This document shows, one piece after another, positions 1-10,552 of a stretch of DNA of 64,000 bases (positions within the stretch are counted from its first letter, which is position 1; every line of letters begins with the position of its first letter). Origin of the DNA: Symbiobacterium thermophilum IAM 14863 (GTDB taxonomy: Bacteria > Bacillota > Sulfobacillia > Symbiobacteriales > Symbiobacteriaceae); assembly GCF_000009905.1 (NCBI RefSeq), contig NC_006177.1, forward strand, positions 2,984,595 through 3,048,594, given 5' to 3'. The position numbers and the translations under genes are program-made. The notes under the pieces are model-generated. The model was not told the DNA's origin. It did no database searches and was given only the letters and a program-made list of their open reading frames with translations.

Positions 1-112
1 ACGATGATTGTTTATTGTTTCAGCACCCTGCAGGAATCTTCCTGCACCCCCGTCTCGACTCATCTAATGTGTTAAAATGATGACGGATCAGTAAACGCTG
101 GGGTGATGTCAG

Positions 113-1315
113 GTGCGCACGGTGAAGCTGTTTCAGGCCGATGCATACCGGACCGAGTTCGAAGGGCACGTTCTTTCCTGTTCCCCCGTCGGGGATGCGT
201 GGGCCGTGGTGCTGAACCAGACCTGCTTCTACCCGGCGTCTGGCGGACAGCCCAGCGACTCCGGCACGCTGGGCGGCCAGCCTGTCCTCGACGTCCACGC
301 CGAGCCGGACGGCACCATCGTCCACGTGGTGGGCGGACCCCTCTCGGGCACCGTCGTCGGCCAGGTGGACTGGACCCGTCGGCTGGACCACATGGAGCAG
401 CACACCGGGCAGCACCTCCTCTCCGCCGCCTTCGTGCACCTGCTCCAGGCGGACACCGTCAGCTGGCATCTGGGGGCAGAGGCCAGCACGGTCGACATCG
501 CCGTAGAGAACCTGAGCGCGGAGCAGGTGGAAGAGGTGGAGCTTACCTGCAACCGGCTGATCCGCGCAGGACTGCCTGTGCACGCGCACCTGTGCTCCCC
601 CGAGGAAGCGCACCGTTTCCCGCTGCGCAAGCCTCCCACGGTGAGCGGGCCCGTCCGCATCATCGAGATTGAGGGCTACGACTGGTCGCCCTGCGGCGGC
701 ACCCACCTCAGAAGCATCGGGGAGCTGGGGCTGATCAAGATCAAAACCTGGGAACGGTACAAGCGGGCCGTGCGCGTGACGTTCCTGGCAGGCCAGCGCG
801 CGCTGCACGACTACATGGCGCTGGACCGGATGACCCGGGACCTGGCGCGCCGGCTCTCCATCGGAGCCGCGGACCTGCCCCGGTGGGCCGACCGGACGCA
901 GGAAGAGGTCACCAGCCTGCGGAAACGAGTCCGCACCCAGCAGGAGGAACTGCTCGCCGTGGAGGCCGAGCGGCTGCTGGCCGGGGCCCGGCGCATCGGT
1001 CCTGCTCGGGTGGTGCGCCAGACCTTCGGCGGCCGGCCCGCGGACGAACTGCGCCTGCTCGCCGCCAAGGTGGCCGGGACTCCCGGCTGCGTCGCCGTGT
1101 TCGGCACCCGCGGGGCCCTGCCACAACTCATCTTTCACCGTGCGGCGGACCTGCGGCTGGACGTGGGCCAGATCCTCAGCGCGGTCCTGCCCATCATCGA
1201 CGGCAAGGGCGGCGGCTCGCCCGTGCAGGCCCAGGGCGGCGGCACCCGGCCGGAGCGGCTGGAGGAGGCGCTGGACGCGGCGGTGTCCCGCATTGCGGCG
1301 GCCCTGCGGGCGTAA
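113..1315 (+). CDS. alaX: AlaX-L type alanyl-tRNA editing protein (AlaRS editing domain plus C-terminal DHHA1-like Gly-rich tail)
   Basis: HxxxH (HTGQHLLSAA) and CGGTH zinc motifs of the AlaRS editing domain. C-terminal GKGGGSP...GGG as in AlaX-L. GTG start with GGGGTG about 9 nt upstream. Confidence 0.7.
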   Translation: MRTVKLFQADAYRTEFEGHVLSCSPVGDAWAVVLNQTCFYPASGGQPSDSGTLGGQPVLDVHAEPDGTIVHVVGGPLSGTVVGQVDWTRRLDHMEQHTGQHLLSAAFVHLLQADTVSWHLGAEASTVDIAVENLSAEQVEEVELTCNRLIRAGLPVHAHLCSPEEAHRFPLRKPPTVSGPVRIIEIEGYDWSPCGGTHLRSIGELGLIKIKTWERYKRAVRVTFLAGQRALHDYMALDRMTRDLARRLSIGAADLPRWADRTQEEVTSLRKRVRTQQEELLAVEAERLLAGARRIGPARVVRQTFGGRPADELRLLAAKVAGTPGCVAVFGTRGALPQLIFHRAADLRLDVGQILSAVLPIIDGKGGGSPVQAQGGGTRPERLEEALDAAVSRIAAALRA

Positions 1316-1426
1316 TGGTGATGTGCGGCAGCCCGGCAGGGCTCGGCGCCACGGGCCGCCCCGGAAGCGGTATGGGCTCCTCGGCGGACTGAGGCACACG
1401 CTACGTGCAGTTTCCATAAATGATCA

Positions 1427-1468
1427 GGGCCGGGAGCCTGCCGCTCCCGGCCCTTCTTCTGCGCTTTC
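1427..1468. terminator. Bidirectional intrinsic terminator between convergent alaX and nuoN
   Basis: GGGCCGGGAGC-ctgcc-GCTCCCGGCCC hairpin, followed by TTCTTCTGCGCTTTC on the plus strand and TGATCATTTATGG on the minus strand. Confidence 0.6.
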
Positions 1469-1471
1469 GGT

Positions 1472-2998
1472 CTAATGCAGCAGCGCCGCGGACTGCGCCG
1501 TCCACTGCACGAACGGGTTGGCGAAGATGGTCAGCGCCACAACCCCCAGCAGGGACAGCAGAACGGTGGCGGAGATGCCCGTGCTGGGCGTGAGCGCCGG
1601 GTAGTCGGACTGGTCCAGGAACATGACCTTGACCACCCGGTAGTAGTAGCCCACGGAGATGACGGAGTTGACCGCCATGAGCACCGCCAGCCAGAGATAT
1701 CCGGATGCGGCGGCCGCCCGGAACAGGAAGAACTTGCCCAGGAAGCCCACCGTCGGCGGGATGCCGATCAGGGAGACGAAGAACAGCAGCAGCGCCCAGG
1801 CGTACAGCGGGTTCCGCTTGGCCAGCCCCGCGTAGTTGTCCACCTCCACCCAGCCGCCCTCCTGGTCCATGTGGGTGAGGACGGCGAAGATGCCGAGGTT
1901 GGTCACGGCGTAGGCCATCACGTAGAAGAGCACCGACGAGATCCCCTCGACGGACTGCAGCCCCGAGGCCGCCACGCCCACCAGGATGTACCCGGCCTGA
2001 GCGATGGAGGAGTACGCCATCATGCGCTTGATGTTGGTCTGCTGCAGGGCCACCAGGTTGCCCACGGTCATCGAGGCCGCCGCGGCCAGGGCCCAGATGA
2101 GGGCCCACTTGTCGGTGAACGGCGCCACGCCCAGCCCGCCGACGAAGACCCGGAGGATGGCCGCCATGGCTGCCCCCTTGGGGCCGGCGGAGAAGAACGC
2201 CGTAACCGGCGTGGGCGCGCCCTCGTAGACGTCCGGGGCCCACTGGTGCACCGGCACCGCCGCCACCTTGAAGCCGAAGCCCACCATCAGGAAGGCCATC
2301 CCTGCCACCAGAAGGGGCGTCAGAGCCGGGCCGGCCGCGGCCACCACGTGGCTGCCTCCGGCGAGGGCCGCCGCGACCTCGGGCAGCCGCGTGCTACCGG
2401 TCACGCCGTAGATCAGCGACAGGCCGAAGAGCAGGACGGCCGAGGCGGTGGCGCCGGTGAGGAAGTACTTCAGGGCGGCCTCGTTGGACTTGGCATCCTT
2501 GCGCAGGATGCCCGCCAGCACGTACGAGGAGATGGACGTGAGCTCCAGGCCGATGTAGATGGTGAGCAGATCGCGGGAGGACACCATGAACATCATGCCC
2601 AGCGTCACCGCCAGGATGATCTCATAGAACTCCATGTGCGCCCCGCGCAGGAACTTGCCCACGTAGTCCGCCGACAGCAGGATCACCAGGGCGGCGATGC
2701 CGAGCAGCACGCCGTTCATGAAGAAGGTGAACCCGTCGGCGATGATCATGCCGCCCCAGAACTCCGGCGGCCGTCCTGCGGCAATGCCCGCCTGGATCTG
2801 CGGGTCGCTGGCGGTGTACCAAATGGACAGCATCGCCAGAACCACGCCGCCCAGCGTCACCCAGACCAGGCTCCGCTTCTCCTTGAAGTAGGCATCCAGG
2901 ACGATGACGACCAGGAGGGTTGCCGTGACGATCAGGTGCGGCAGAATGGCCACGTAACTGGGGTTGACCAGTTGGCTCCAACTGACGACTCCCGGCAA
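1472..2998 (-). CDS. nuoN: NADH-quinone oxidoreductase subunit N
   Basis: About 500-aa polytopic antiporter-like subunit, last gene of the nuo operon. Confidence 0.85.
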   Translation of the reverse strand: MPGVVSWSQLVNPSYVAILPHLIVTATLLVVIVLDAYFKEKRSLVWVTLGGVVLAMLSIWYTASDPQIQAGIAAGRPPEFWGGMIIADGFTFFMNGVLLGIAALVILLSADYVGKFLRGAHMEFYEIILAVTLGMMFMVSSRDLLTIYIGLELTSISSYVLAGILRKDAKSNEAALKYFLTGATASAVLLFGLSLIYGVTGSTRLPEVAAALAGGSHVVAAAGPALTPLLVAGMAFLMVGFGFKVAAVPVHQWAPDVYEGAPTPVTAFFSAGPKGAAMAAILRVFVGGLGVAPFTDKWALIWALAAAASMTVGNLVALQQTNIKRMMAYSSIAQAGYILVGVAASGLQSVEGISSVLFYVMAYAVTNLGIFAVLTHMDQEGGWVEVDNYAGLAKRNPLYAWALLLFFVSLIGIPPTVGFLGKFFLFRAAAASGYLWLAVLMAVNSVISVGYYYRVVKVMFLDQSDYPALTPSTGISATVLLSLLGVVALTIFANPFVQWTAQSAALLH

Positions 2999-2999
2999 C

Positions 3000-4526
3000 C
3001 TACATCCCTCCCAGCCCCATCACCTGCGTCAGCACTTCAACAGAGCTCTGCAAAAGAGCCATGACCGGCCGGGGATATACGCCGAAGAACACGATCAGCA
3101 CGGCCAGCGGGGCGAAGATGATCTTCTCCTTCAGGGTGATGTCCGCCAGCCCCTGGTACTCGGGCTTGGCCTCGCCCAGCAGCACGTTCCGCATGGTGAG
3201 CAGGTGCCAGGCGGCGGTGATCACCATGCCGAGACCGGCCACCAGCACCCAGAGCCCGAACGCCGGGTAGGAGCCGGTGAGCGAGATGAACTCGCCGATG
3301 AAACCGGCCAGGCCGGGCAGGCCCAGGTTGGCGAAGGCGACAAAGGCCGTGGCGAAGGAGACGACCGGGATCGTCAGGAACATGCCGCCCAGCTTCCGCA
3401 GGTCACGGGTGTGCGTGCGCTCGTAGAACATGCCGACGGCGAAGAAGAACAGGGGCGAGATCAGTCCGTGGGCGATGGTCACGAAGTAGCCGCCCTGCAG
3501 CGCCACCTGCGCCAGCTCAGGGCTGGTGGGCGCCAGCTTGCTCGCGGCCGCCAGGGCCATGATGAAGAAGCCCATGTGGTTGACCGACGAGTAGGCGACC
3601 TGCTTCTTGAAATCCTTCTGCGCCATCGCCGCCAGGGCTGCGTAGAGGATGCCGACCACGCCGAAGACGAACAGCAGGTCCGCGTACTTGGTCGCCAGCT
3701 GCGGCAGCATCGGATGGCTGATGCGCACCATGGCGTAGGAGCCCAGCTTCAGCAGGATGCCGGCCAGCAGCATCGAGATGGGCGTGGGCGCTTCGACGTG
3801 GGCGTCAGGCAACCAGGTGTGGAACGGGAACATGGGCACCTTCACCGCGAAGCCCACCAGCAGGGCGAAGAAGGCGAAGGTGGTGAGGCCGGTGATGGGC
3901 AGCTTGGAAGAGGCCGCCGCCATCTGCAGCAGGTTGAACGTGCCGACGCCGGTGGCGACGTAGAGGTAGATGGCGCCGACCAGCATGACGGTCGAACCGA
4001 TCAGGGTGTAGAGGAAGAACTTGATGGCCGCGTACTCGCGCCGCTCGCCGCCCCAGATGCCGATCAGGAAGTACATCGGCAGCAGCACGATCTCCCAGAA
4101 CACGTAGAAGAGCATGAAGTCCAGGGTGGCGAACACGCCGTTGGTGCCGGTGGCCAGGATGAGCAGCAGGACGAGGTAGTCCTTCACCCGGTCCTTGATG
4201 TACCCGTAGGAGGCCAGCACGGCGAGAGGGAACAGCAGCGTCGAGAGCAGCAGCATCGTGAAGGCGAAGCCGTCCACGCCCAGCGTGTAGTGCACGCCGA
4301 TGGCCTGGATCCACGGGACGTGGGTCACGAACCGCATGCCCTGGGCGTAGGGGGCCGTGGAGACCTCTGCGGTCGGCCACTGAGCGGCCAGCACCAGGGC
4401 CAGCGCGAACGGGATGAGGGTACCGATCCCCGCGAGCCAGTACAGGAGCCGCTCCTGGGTCTTCGGCACAAAGAACAGCATCACGAGGGCGAAGACCAGG
4501 GGTACAAAGATGATTAGCGACAGCAT
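3000..4526 (-). CDS. nuoM: NADH-quinone oxidoreductase subunit M
   Basis: Antiporter-like membrane subunit with NuoM-type conserved TM helices; position between nuoL and nuoN. Confidence 0.85.
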   Translation of the reverse strand: MLSLIIFVPLVFALVMLFFVPKTQERLLYWLAGIGTLIPFALALVLAAQWPTAEVSTAPYAQGMRFVTHVPWIQAIGVHYTLGVDGFAFTMLLLSTLLFPLAVLASYGYIKDRVKDYLVLLLILATGTNGVFATLDFMLFYVFWEIVLLPMYFLIGIWGGERREYAAIKFFLYTLIGSTVMLVGAIYLYVATGVGTFNLLQMAAASSKLPITGLTTFAFFALLVGFAVKVPMFPFHTWLPDAHVEAPTPISMLLAGILLKLGSYAMVRISHPMLPQLATKYADLLFVFGVVGILYAALAAMAQKDFKKQVAYSSVNHMGFFIMALAAASKLAPTSPELAQVALQGGYFVTIAHGLISPLFFFAVGMFYERTHTRDLRKLGGMFLTIPVVSFATAFVAFANLGLPGLAGFIGEFISLTGSYPAFGLWVLVAGLGMVITAAWHLLTMRNVLLGEAKPEYQGLADITLKEKIIFAPLAVLIVFFGVYPRPVMALLQSSVEVLTQVMGLGGM

Positions 4527-4539
4527 CCCCGACAGCCTC

Positions 4540-6597
4540 CTATCTAATCACCTGGACGAGGACCACACTGGCCACCAGCATCACCAGGAAGGTGAACATG
4601 TACTGCTGCACGTACCCGGTGGAGAGCCGGCGGAAGGCGGCGCCCAAGGCGCGGGCGATGTCGGCCCACATGTTGACCAGCGCGTCCACGACATGCTTGT
4701 CGAACCAGGCTGCAGCCTCCGATGCGTACACCGACAGGGTTCCCGACAGATTCACGAGGCCATCCACCACGTTGAGGTCGAACCAGGCGACCGCCCGGGA
4801 GAGCGCCTCCGTGGTCTTGACGGCGACGAGATCATAGAACTCATCGACATAATACTTGTTCCGGACGAGCGTGTAAACCGGCCGGAACCGGGCAATCCAC
4901 GCGGCCCGGGTCTCCGGGCGGACCACCGCGTACAGGTACCAGCCCAGGAAGATGCCCAGGAGCCCTGCCGCCGTGGCCATTCCAGTTACCATCAGCTCCG
5001 TGCTGAACTCGACATGGTGCTCCAGGCCGGGCAGGTGCAGGAAGTTCTGGATGAAGACCATCCAGTCGAGGTTCGTGAAGTGGTTGAACAGCGGGGTGCC
5101 CAGCCAGCCATAGAGCGCCGCCGGAACGGCCAGGATGATCAGCGGGATCGTCATCGCCTTCGGCGACTCGTGGGCCTGCTCATACAGGTGCATGTCCCGC
5201 GGCTCGCCGAAGAACGCCAGGTAGGTGGCCCGGGTCATGTAGTACGCCGTGAGGAACGCCGTCGTCAGGGCCATGGCGAACGGCAGCTTCTGCAGCCAGA
5301 TCGGCCAGGTGGCCACCAGCGGGTTGTGCCATTCCAGGGCCGCGAGCAGCAGCTCGTCCTTGGAGAAGAAGCCCGAGAAGCCGGGGATACCCGCCAGGGC
5401 CGCGTAGCCGACCATCCAGGTCCAGAAGGTGATCGGGATCTTCTTGCGCAGGCCGCCCATCTTGTGCAGCAGCTGGTTGTGGTGATGGGCGTGGATGACC
5501 GAGCCTGCCGCCAGGAACAGCAGCGCCTTGAAGAAGGCGTGGGTGAGCAGGTGGAAGTTGCCCGCCGTCCAGCCGCCCAGGCCCATGGCCATAATCATGT
5601 AGCCCAGCTGGGAGATGGTGGAGTAGGCGAGGACCTCCTTGATGTCCCAGCGGAGCGTGGCGATGGAGGCGGCGAACAGCGACGTGAAGGCGCCGACGAA
5701 GGTGACCACCACCAGCACCCAGGCAGGCACGTGCCCGAAGATCATGAAGGCGCGGCCCACCAGGTACACGCCGGCGGCGACCATCGTCGCGGCGTGGATG
5801 ATGGCGGAGCCCGGCGTCGGGCCGGCCATCGCGTCCGGCAGCCAGGTGTGCAGCGGGAACTGCGCCGACTTGCCGATCGCGCCGGTGAACAGCAGGAAGG
5901 CGCCCAGGGCCAGGAGGCTGGCCGTCGCCGGATCCTGCACCAGAACCGGCACCTTCTCCGCCAGGCCCGCCCAGGTCAGGTCGCGGGCGGCAAAGAAGAC
6001 GATGAAGATGCCGACCATCATGCCGATGTCGCCGACGCGGGTGGTGAGGAAGGCCTTGATCTGGCCGTAGCGGGGCCAGGCCTGCTCATACCAGTGACCG
6101 ATCAGCAGGTAAGAGCAGAGGCCCATGATCTCCCACGCCACCAGCAGCAGAAAGAGGTTGTCGGCCATGACCAGCACCAGCATGGCCATCGTGAACAGGT
6201 TCAGCGCCGCGTAGAAGCGGGGAATCCGCTTGTCGCCGTGCATGTAGGCGGAGGAGTAGTACTGGACGCAGACGGAGACCAGGGTGATCATCGGCAGCAT
6301 GAGGGCCGTCAGGTTGTCCACCTGGAACCCCATGCGCACCGTGTAGGGCCCGAAGCTGGCCCAGTCGAACGAGGCCTTCCAGGCGGGCACGGTGTTGTAC
6401 AGCACCTCGCCGCCGTGCCCCGGATCGGCGATCACCGCTGCGAGCACGCCCACCGACCACAGGAACGTGATCAGCATACCGACGGTCCCGGGGATCCACG
6501 CCCGGTCCCGCAGGACGCCGGCGAACATGGCGATCAGTGCGGAGACGGCCAGGGGGAGCGCAGCGATGACCCAGGCTGTGTTCAGGAAGAAGTCCAC
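4540..6597 (-). CDS. nuoL: NADH-quinone oxidoreductase subunit L
   Basis: 685-aa antiporter-like subunit with the long C-terminal amphipathic extension typical of NuoL. Confidence 0.85.
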   Translation of the reverse strand: MDFFLNTAWVIAALPLAVSALIAMFAGVLRDRAWIPGTVGMLITFLWSVGVLAAVIADPGHGGEVLYNTVPAWKASFDWASFGPYTVRMGFQVDNLTALMLPMITLVSVCVQYYSSAYMHGDKRIPRFYAALNLFTMAMLVLVMADNLFLLLVAWEIMGLCSYLLIGHWYEQAWPRYGQIKAFLTTRVGDIGMMVGIFIVFFAARDLTWAGLAEKVPVLVQDPATASLLALGAFLLFTGAIGKSAQFPLHTWLPDAMAGPTPGSAIIHAATMVAAGVYLVGRAFMIFGHVPAWVLVVVTFVGAFTSLFAASIATLRWDIKEVLAYSTISQLGYMIMAMGLGGWTAGNFHLLTHAFFKALLFLAAGSVIHAHHHNQLLHKMGGLRKKIPITFWTWMVGYAALAGIPGFSGFFSKDELLLAALEWHNPLVATWPIWLQKLPFAMALTTAFLTAYYMTRATYLAFFGEPRDMHLYEQAHESPKAMTIPLIILAVPAALYGWLGTPLFNHFTNLDWMVFIQNFLHLPGLEHHVEFSTELMVTGMATAAGLLGIFLGWYLYAVVRPETRAAWIARFRPVYTLVRNKYYVDEFYDLVAVKTTEALSRAVAWFDLNVVDGLVNLSGTLSVYASEAAAWFDKHVVDALVNMWADIARALGAAFRRLSTGYVQQYMFTFLVMLVASVVLVQVIR

Positions 6598-6610
6598 GCT
6601 GTCAACCCTC

Positions 6611-6934
6611 CTAACCCTTCAGCAGTGTGGCCTTGTCGACCTCGACCACGCCGCGGTTGCGCACCATGGCGAGGATGATGGCGAGGCCGACCGACGCCTC
6701 CGCAGCCGCCACGGTCATCACGAACAGCGTGAGGATCGGTGCGCGGGCTGCCATCTCGGGGCTGGTCTGCCAGTAATACCGGCTGAACGTGATGAGGTTC
6801 AGGTTGACCCCGTTGAGCATGATCTCGATGAACATCAGGATCCGGACGGCGTTCTTCTGGGTGAGGGCGCCCCAGAGCCCCAACCCGAACAGGAGAGCGC
6901 CGAGACCGAGTGGATAGTAAATCGGCAGTTCCAC
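6611..6934 (-). CDS. nuoK: NADH-quinone oxidoreductase subunit K
   Basis: 107-aa three-TM protein; ND4L-like sequence. Confidence 0.85.
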   Translation of the reverse strand: MELPIYYPLGLGALLFGLGLWGALTQKNAVRILMFIEIMLNGVNLNLITFSRYYWQTSPEMAARAPILTLFVMTVAAAEASVGLAIILAMVRNRGVVEVDKATLLKG

Positions 6935-7464
6935 TACGACTCCGCCTCCTTCGCCGTCAGGATGATGGCGCCGATCATGGCCACCAGGAGCAGGATCGAG
7001 GCGACCTCAAACGGGATCACGTAGGTGGTGAACAGCTGCGACCCGATCGCGCTCACCGGAACCACCTGCCGCTCACCGCCGCCGGCCGGCAGGTTGGCGG
7101 TGGAGTACAGGTACAGCATGAAGGCGGCGAACACGGCGCCGACCACCAGGACGGCCGGGTTGGAGCGCCACAGCTTCACCCGCTCCTGCTGCTGCCGCTT
7201 GATATCCCGCAGCCCGGAGAGCATGATGGCGAAGATCACCATCGTGGTGATGGCGCCGGCGTAGACAAGCACCTGGATGGCCGCGATGAACTCCGCCTGC
7301 ATGAGCAGGAAGATGCCGGCCACGGCTGTGAACGAGAGCGCCATGAACAGAGCGGCGTGGGTGATGAGCGGCGTGGTGACCATGCGGTAGGTCGACACCA
7401 GGGTGACCACCGCGAGGATGATGAAGGTCCAGAACTGGCCGCTCATGAGCAGGTCTGTTGTCAC
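6934..7464 (-). CDS. nuoJ: NADH-quinone oxidoreductase subunit J
   Basis: 176-aa membrane protein, ND6-like; overlapping start/stop with nuoK. Confidence 0.8.
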   Translation of the reverse strand: MTTDLLMSGQFWTFIILAVVTLVSTYRMVTTPLITHAALFMALSFTAVAGIFLLMQAEFIAAIQVLVYAGAITTMVIFAIMLSGLRDIKRQQQERVKLWRSNPAVLVVGAVFAAFMLYLYSTANLPAGGGERQVVPVSAIGSQLFTTYVIPFEVASILLLVAMIGAIILTAKEAES

Positions 7465-8183
7465 GGCTGCCCGGCCTCCTCCCCGTTGGTCTTGCCCGGC
7501 TCCGCTGCCGGCTGGCCCGCGGCCTCCGCCTGCTGCGCCTCCGCGGCCTCCTCGGCCGGCTTCCGGAACTGCGGCTTCAGCTCAGGCTCGTATCCCTTGG
7601 GCAGGGGCGGACGCCCCAGGTACCCGTGGATGTCCTGAATGTCGTCCTCCGTGGCGTTGGTCAGCCCGTGGAAGACCCAGGGCGGCGTGGACGAGCGGGT
7701 GGCCTTGGGGCCGGGCTCCTCGGCCTTCGAGTACTTCAGCCCGAGCCTGAGCAGGTCCTCGAACTCGAAGACCAGGTTCTCCGGGTTCACCTTGCAGAGC
7801 TCGTAGTCGTAACCCATGACCAGGGAGTCGAAGGGGCACGCCTCGACGCAGAAGTTGCAGAGCATGCACCGGGACATGTCGATGGCGAACCGGTCACAGA
7901 CCTTCTTCTTGGTCTCCGGGTCCTGGTGCCACTCGATCGTGATGACGTTCACCGGACAGGCCTGCGCGCACTGCATGCAGGACGTGCACTTGTACTCGCC
8001 GGTGCGCAGGTCGGTCTTCAGGACCGGGATGCCCCGGAACCAGGGGGGCACGTCGTCACGCTGCTCGGGGTAGAACACGGTGATGGCCGGCCGGAACATC
8101 ATCTCCCGGAACGTGATGCCGAGTCCGGTGACGATGGACTTCCCGGTGCGCCATGCCTCCCCGAAGAAGTTGGTAACGCCCAT
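7461..8183 (-). CDS. nuoI: NADH-quinone oxidoreductase subunit I (2x[4Fe-4S] ferredoxin-type) with long C-terminal low-complexity extension
   Basis: Two CxxCxxCxxxCP motifs (CTSCMQCAQACP, CMLCNFCVEACP); 240 aa, whereas NuoI is usually 160-180 aa. Confidence 0.85.
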   Translation of the reverse strand: MGVTNFFGEAWRTGKSIVTGLGITFREMMFRPAITVFYPEQRDDVPPWFRGIPVLKTDLRTGEYKCTSCMQCAQACPVNVITIEWHQDPETKKKVCDRFAIDMSRCMLCNFCVEACPFDSLVMGYDYELCKVNPENLVFEFEDLLRLGLKYSKAEEPGPKATRSSTPPWVFHGLTNATEDDIQDIHGYLGRPPLPKGYEPELKPQFRKPAEEAAEAQQAEAAGQPAAEPGKTNGEEAGQP

Positions 8184-8200
8184 GCAGGTTCACACCTCCC

Positions 8201-9385
8201 TTAGAGCCACCAGCCCAGGAGCCGCAGCGTGAAGGATCCGATGGAGATCGGCACCCCGTCGAACGCGACGGCGAGGTACCGGAGGGTTCCCGTCAGGAAG
8301 ATGTTGAACATGGAGACCGGCAGGAGGAACTTCCAGCCCAGGTCCATCAGCTGGTCGATGCGCACCCGCGGCAGGGTCCAGCGGATCCACATCGCCAGGA
8401 AGACGAAGAAGTACGTCTTCAGGACCAGCCAGAACACGCCGGCGACCCAGTTCAGGATCGTGGAGCCCGAGATCGCCAGGCCCCAGTTGAGCACGGCCGT
8501 GCCCACGGGGTTCGTGAACGCGCCGAAGCCGTTGAGCACGTTGCCGAGCCCTGCCGCCACCTGGCCCAGGGTCGGGCCGCTCCACCCGCCCAGGAAGAGG
8601 GTGGCGGCGATGGCGGACCAGGCCGCCAGGTGGATGTACTCCGCCAGCATGAACATCGCCCAGCGGAAGCCCGAGTACTCGGTGTGGTGGCCTGCCACCA
8701 GCTCCTGCTCGGCCTCCGCGAGGTCGAAGGGGGCGCGGTTCAGCTCCGCCAGCGAGGCGATCAGGTAGACGATGAACCCGATGATCTGCGGGAACAGGAA
8801 CCAGCCGAGGAAGCCCCGCTGCTGCTGCGCCAGCACGATGTCCGACAGCCTGAGCGACCCGGCCATCATCACCACGCCGATGACCGCCATCACCATGGTG
8901 ACCTCGTAGGAGATCAGCTGCGCCGCACCGCGCATCGCGCCCAGCATGGAGTACTTGTTGTTGGAGCCCCAACCGGCCATGAACGTGGCGATCACGTCGT
9001 ATCCCATGACCGCGGCGATGAAGATGATGCCGATTTCGAAGTCGGTGGCGATCAACTTGTCGCCAAAGGGAACAATGAGCCAGACGAGGTTAGCCGAGAC
9101 GAAGCCGATGAAGGGGGCGATGAGGTACAGCCACTTGTCGACGTTGTTCGGCCGGATGTACTCCTTCACCCACAGCTTGATCAGGTCGGCGACGGGCTGA
9201 ATCCAGCCCCACAGGCCGACCCGCCAGGGGCCGACTCGGTTCTGCATCCACGCCGACAGCTTCCGCTCCAGCATGAGGCAGAGGTAGAAGTTGATCAGCC
9301 CCCAGACCAGGATCAGGCTCGCCTTCAGGACCCCGCCGAGCCAGACCTGCACGGTGGGCGAGAGGCTGTTCCACCACTCCATCAC
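8201..9385 (-). CDS. nuoH: NADH-quinone oxidoreductase subunit H
   Basis: 394-aa ND1-like membrane protein. Confidence 0.85.
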
Positions 9386-10539
9386 TACCGGTCCACCTCC
9401 CCGAGCACGACGTCGATGGAGCCCAGGATTGCGATGATGTCGGCGATCTTATGGCCCGGGCACAGGAGCGGCATCAGCTGCAGGTGGGTGAACGCCGGCG
9501 AGCGCCACTTGACCTTGTACGGGTTGGTGGAACCGTCGGAGACCACGTAGCAGGCGACCTCGCCCCGGGCGCCCTCGATGCGGTGGTAGACCTCGCCCTT
9601 CGGGGGCTTCAGGACGCGCGGCATCTTCGGCGCCATGACCGGGCCCGGGTTCTCGGCCAGCCACTCCAGGCACTGCTTGACGATGCGGGAGGACTGGTAC
9701 ATCTCCTCCTGCCGGACCCACCACCGGTCAAAACTGTCGCCGTTCTGGCCCACGGGGATGTCGAACTCGAACCGGTCGTAGATGGCGTAGGGCAGGTTCT
9801 TGCGCAGGTCCCACTTCACACCCGAGCCGCGCAGCACCGCGCCCGAGCACGAGTAGGCAATGGCCTGCTCGGCCGTGAGCACGCCGATGTTCTTCGTGCG
9901 GTACTGGAAGATGCGGTTGCCCGTCACCAGGGCCTTCCACTCCGGGTAGACGTACGAGTCAAAGTAGTTGATGAAGCCCCAGATGGTCTTGTCGGCCTTG
10001 TCCTCGCCATCCTGCGGGGTGCCGAGGATGCCCTCGGGCAGGTCGTTGCGCACGCCGCCGATGCGCAGGTAGTTGTAGAGCATGCGCCCGCCGGTGATGC
10101 GCTCGAAGAGGGAGTACAGCTTCTCGCGGTCACGCCAGCAGTACAGGAACGGCGTCGTCGCCCCCAGGTCCATCGCCATCGAGCCCAGGGCGAGCAGGTG
10201 CGAGGTGATCCGCTGCAGCTCCGCCAGCATCACCCGGATGTACTGCGCCCGCTCCGGCACCTGGATGGCGTCGCCGAACAACTTTTCCACGGCCTCCACG
10301 TAGCAGAGCTCGTTGAGCATGGCGGCCAGGTAGTCCGTCCGGTCGGTGAACGGAATCACCTGAGGATAGGTCTTCTGCTCCGCCAGCTTCTCGAAGCAGC
10401 GGTGCAGGTAGCCGATGTCGGGCTCGCACCAGGTCACCTGTTCCCCGTCCAGTTTGATCATCAGGCGGAGCACGCCGTGGGTGGAGGGGTGCTGCGGGCC
10501 CATGTTGACCAGTAGCTCTTGCGTCCGTTCCACGTTCAC
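9385..10539 (-). CDS. nuoD: NADH-quinone oxidoreductase subunit D (49 kDa)
   Basis: NuoD/NiFe-hydrogenase large-subunit-like sequence; ATGA overlap with nuoH. Confidence 0.85.
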
Positions 10540-10552
10540 ACCTCCGCACCGG

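Noticed and set aside
20-1417. 465-aa minus-strand ORF overlapping alaX
   Set aside because: Antisense to a motif-rich AlaX gene; Arg/Pro/Gly-rich low-complexity translation typical of high-GC antisense frames; no SD.
1475-6678. Long plus-strand ORFs (1475..3064, 2964..4517, 4414..6678) across nuoN, nuoM and nuoL
   Set aside because: Antisense to well-supported complex I membrane subunits; translations are His/Arg/Gly/Asp-rich nonsense.
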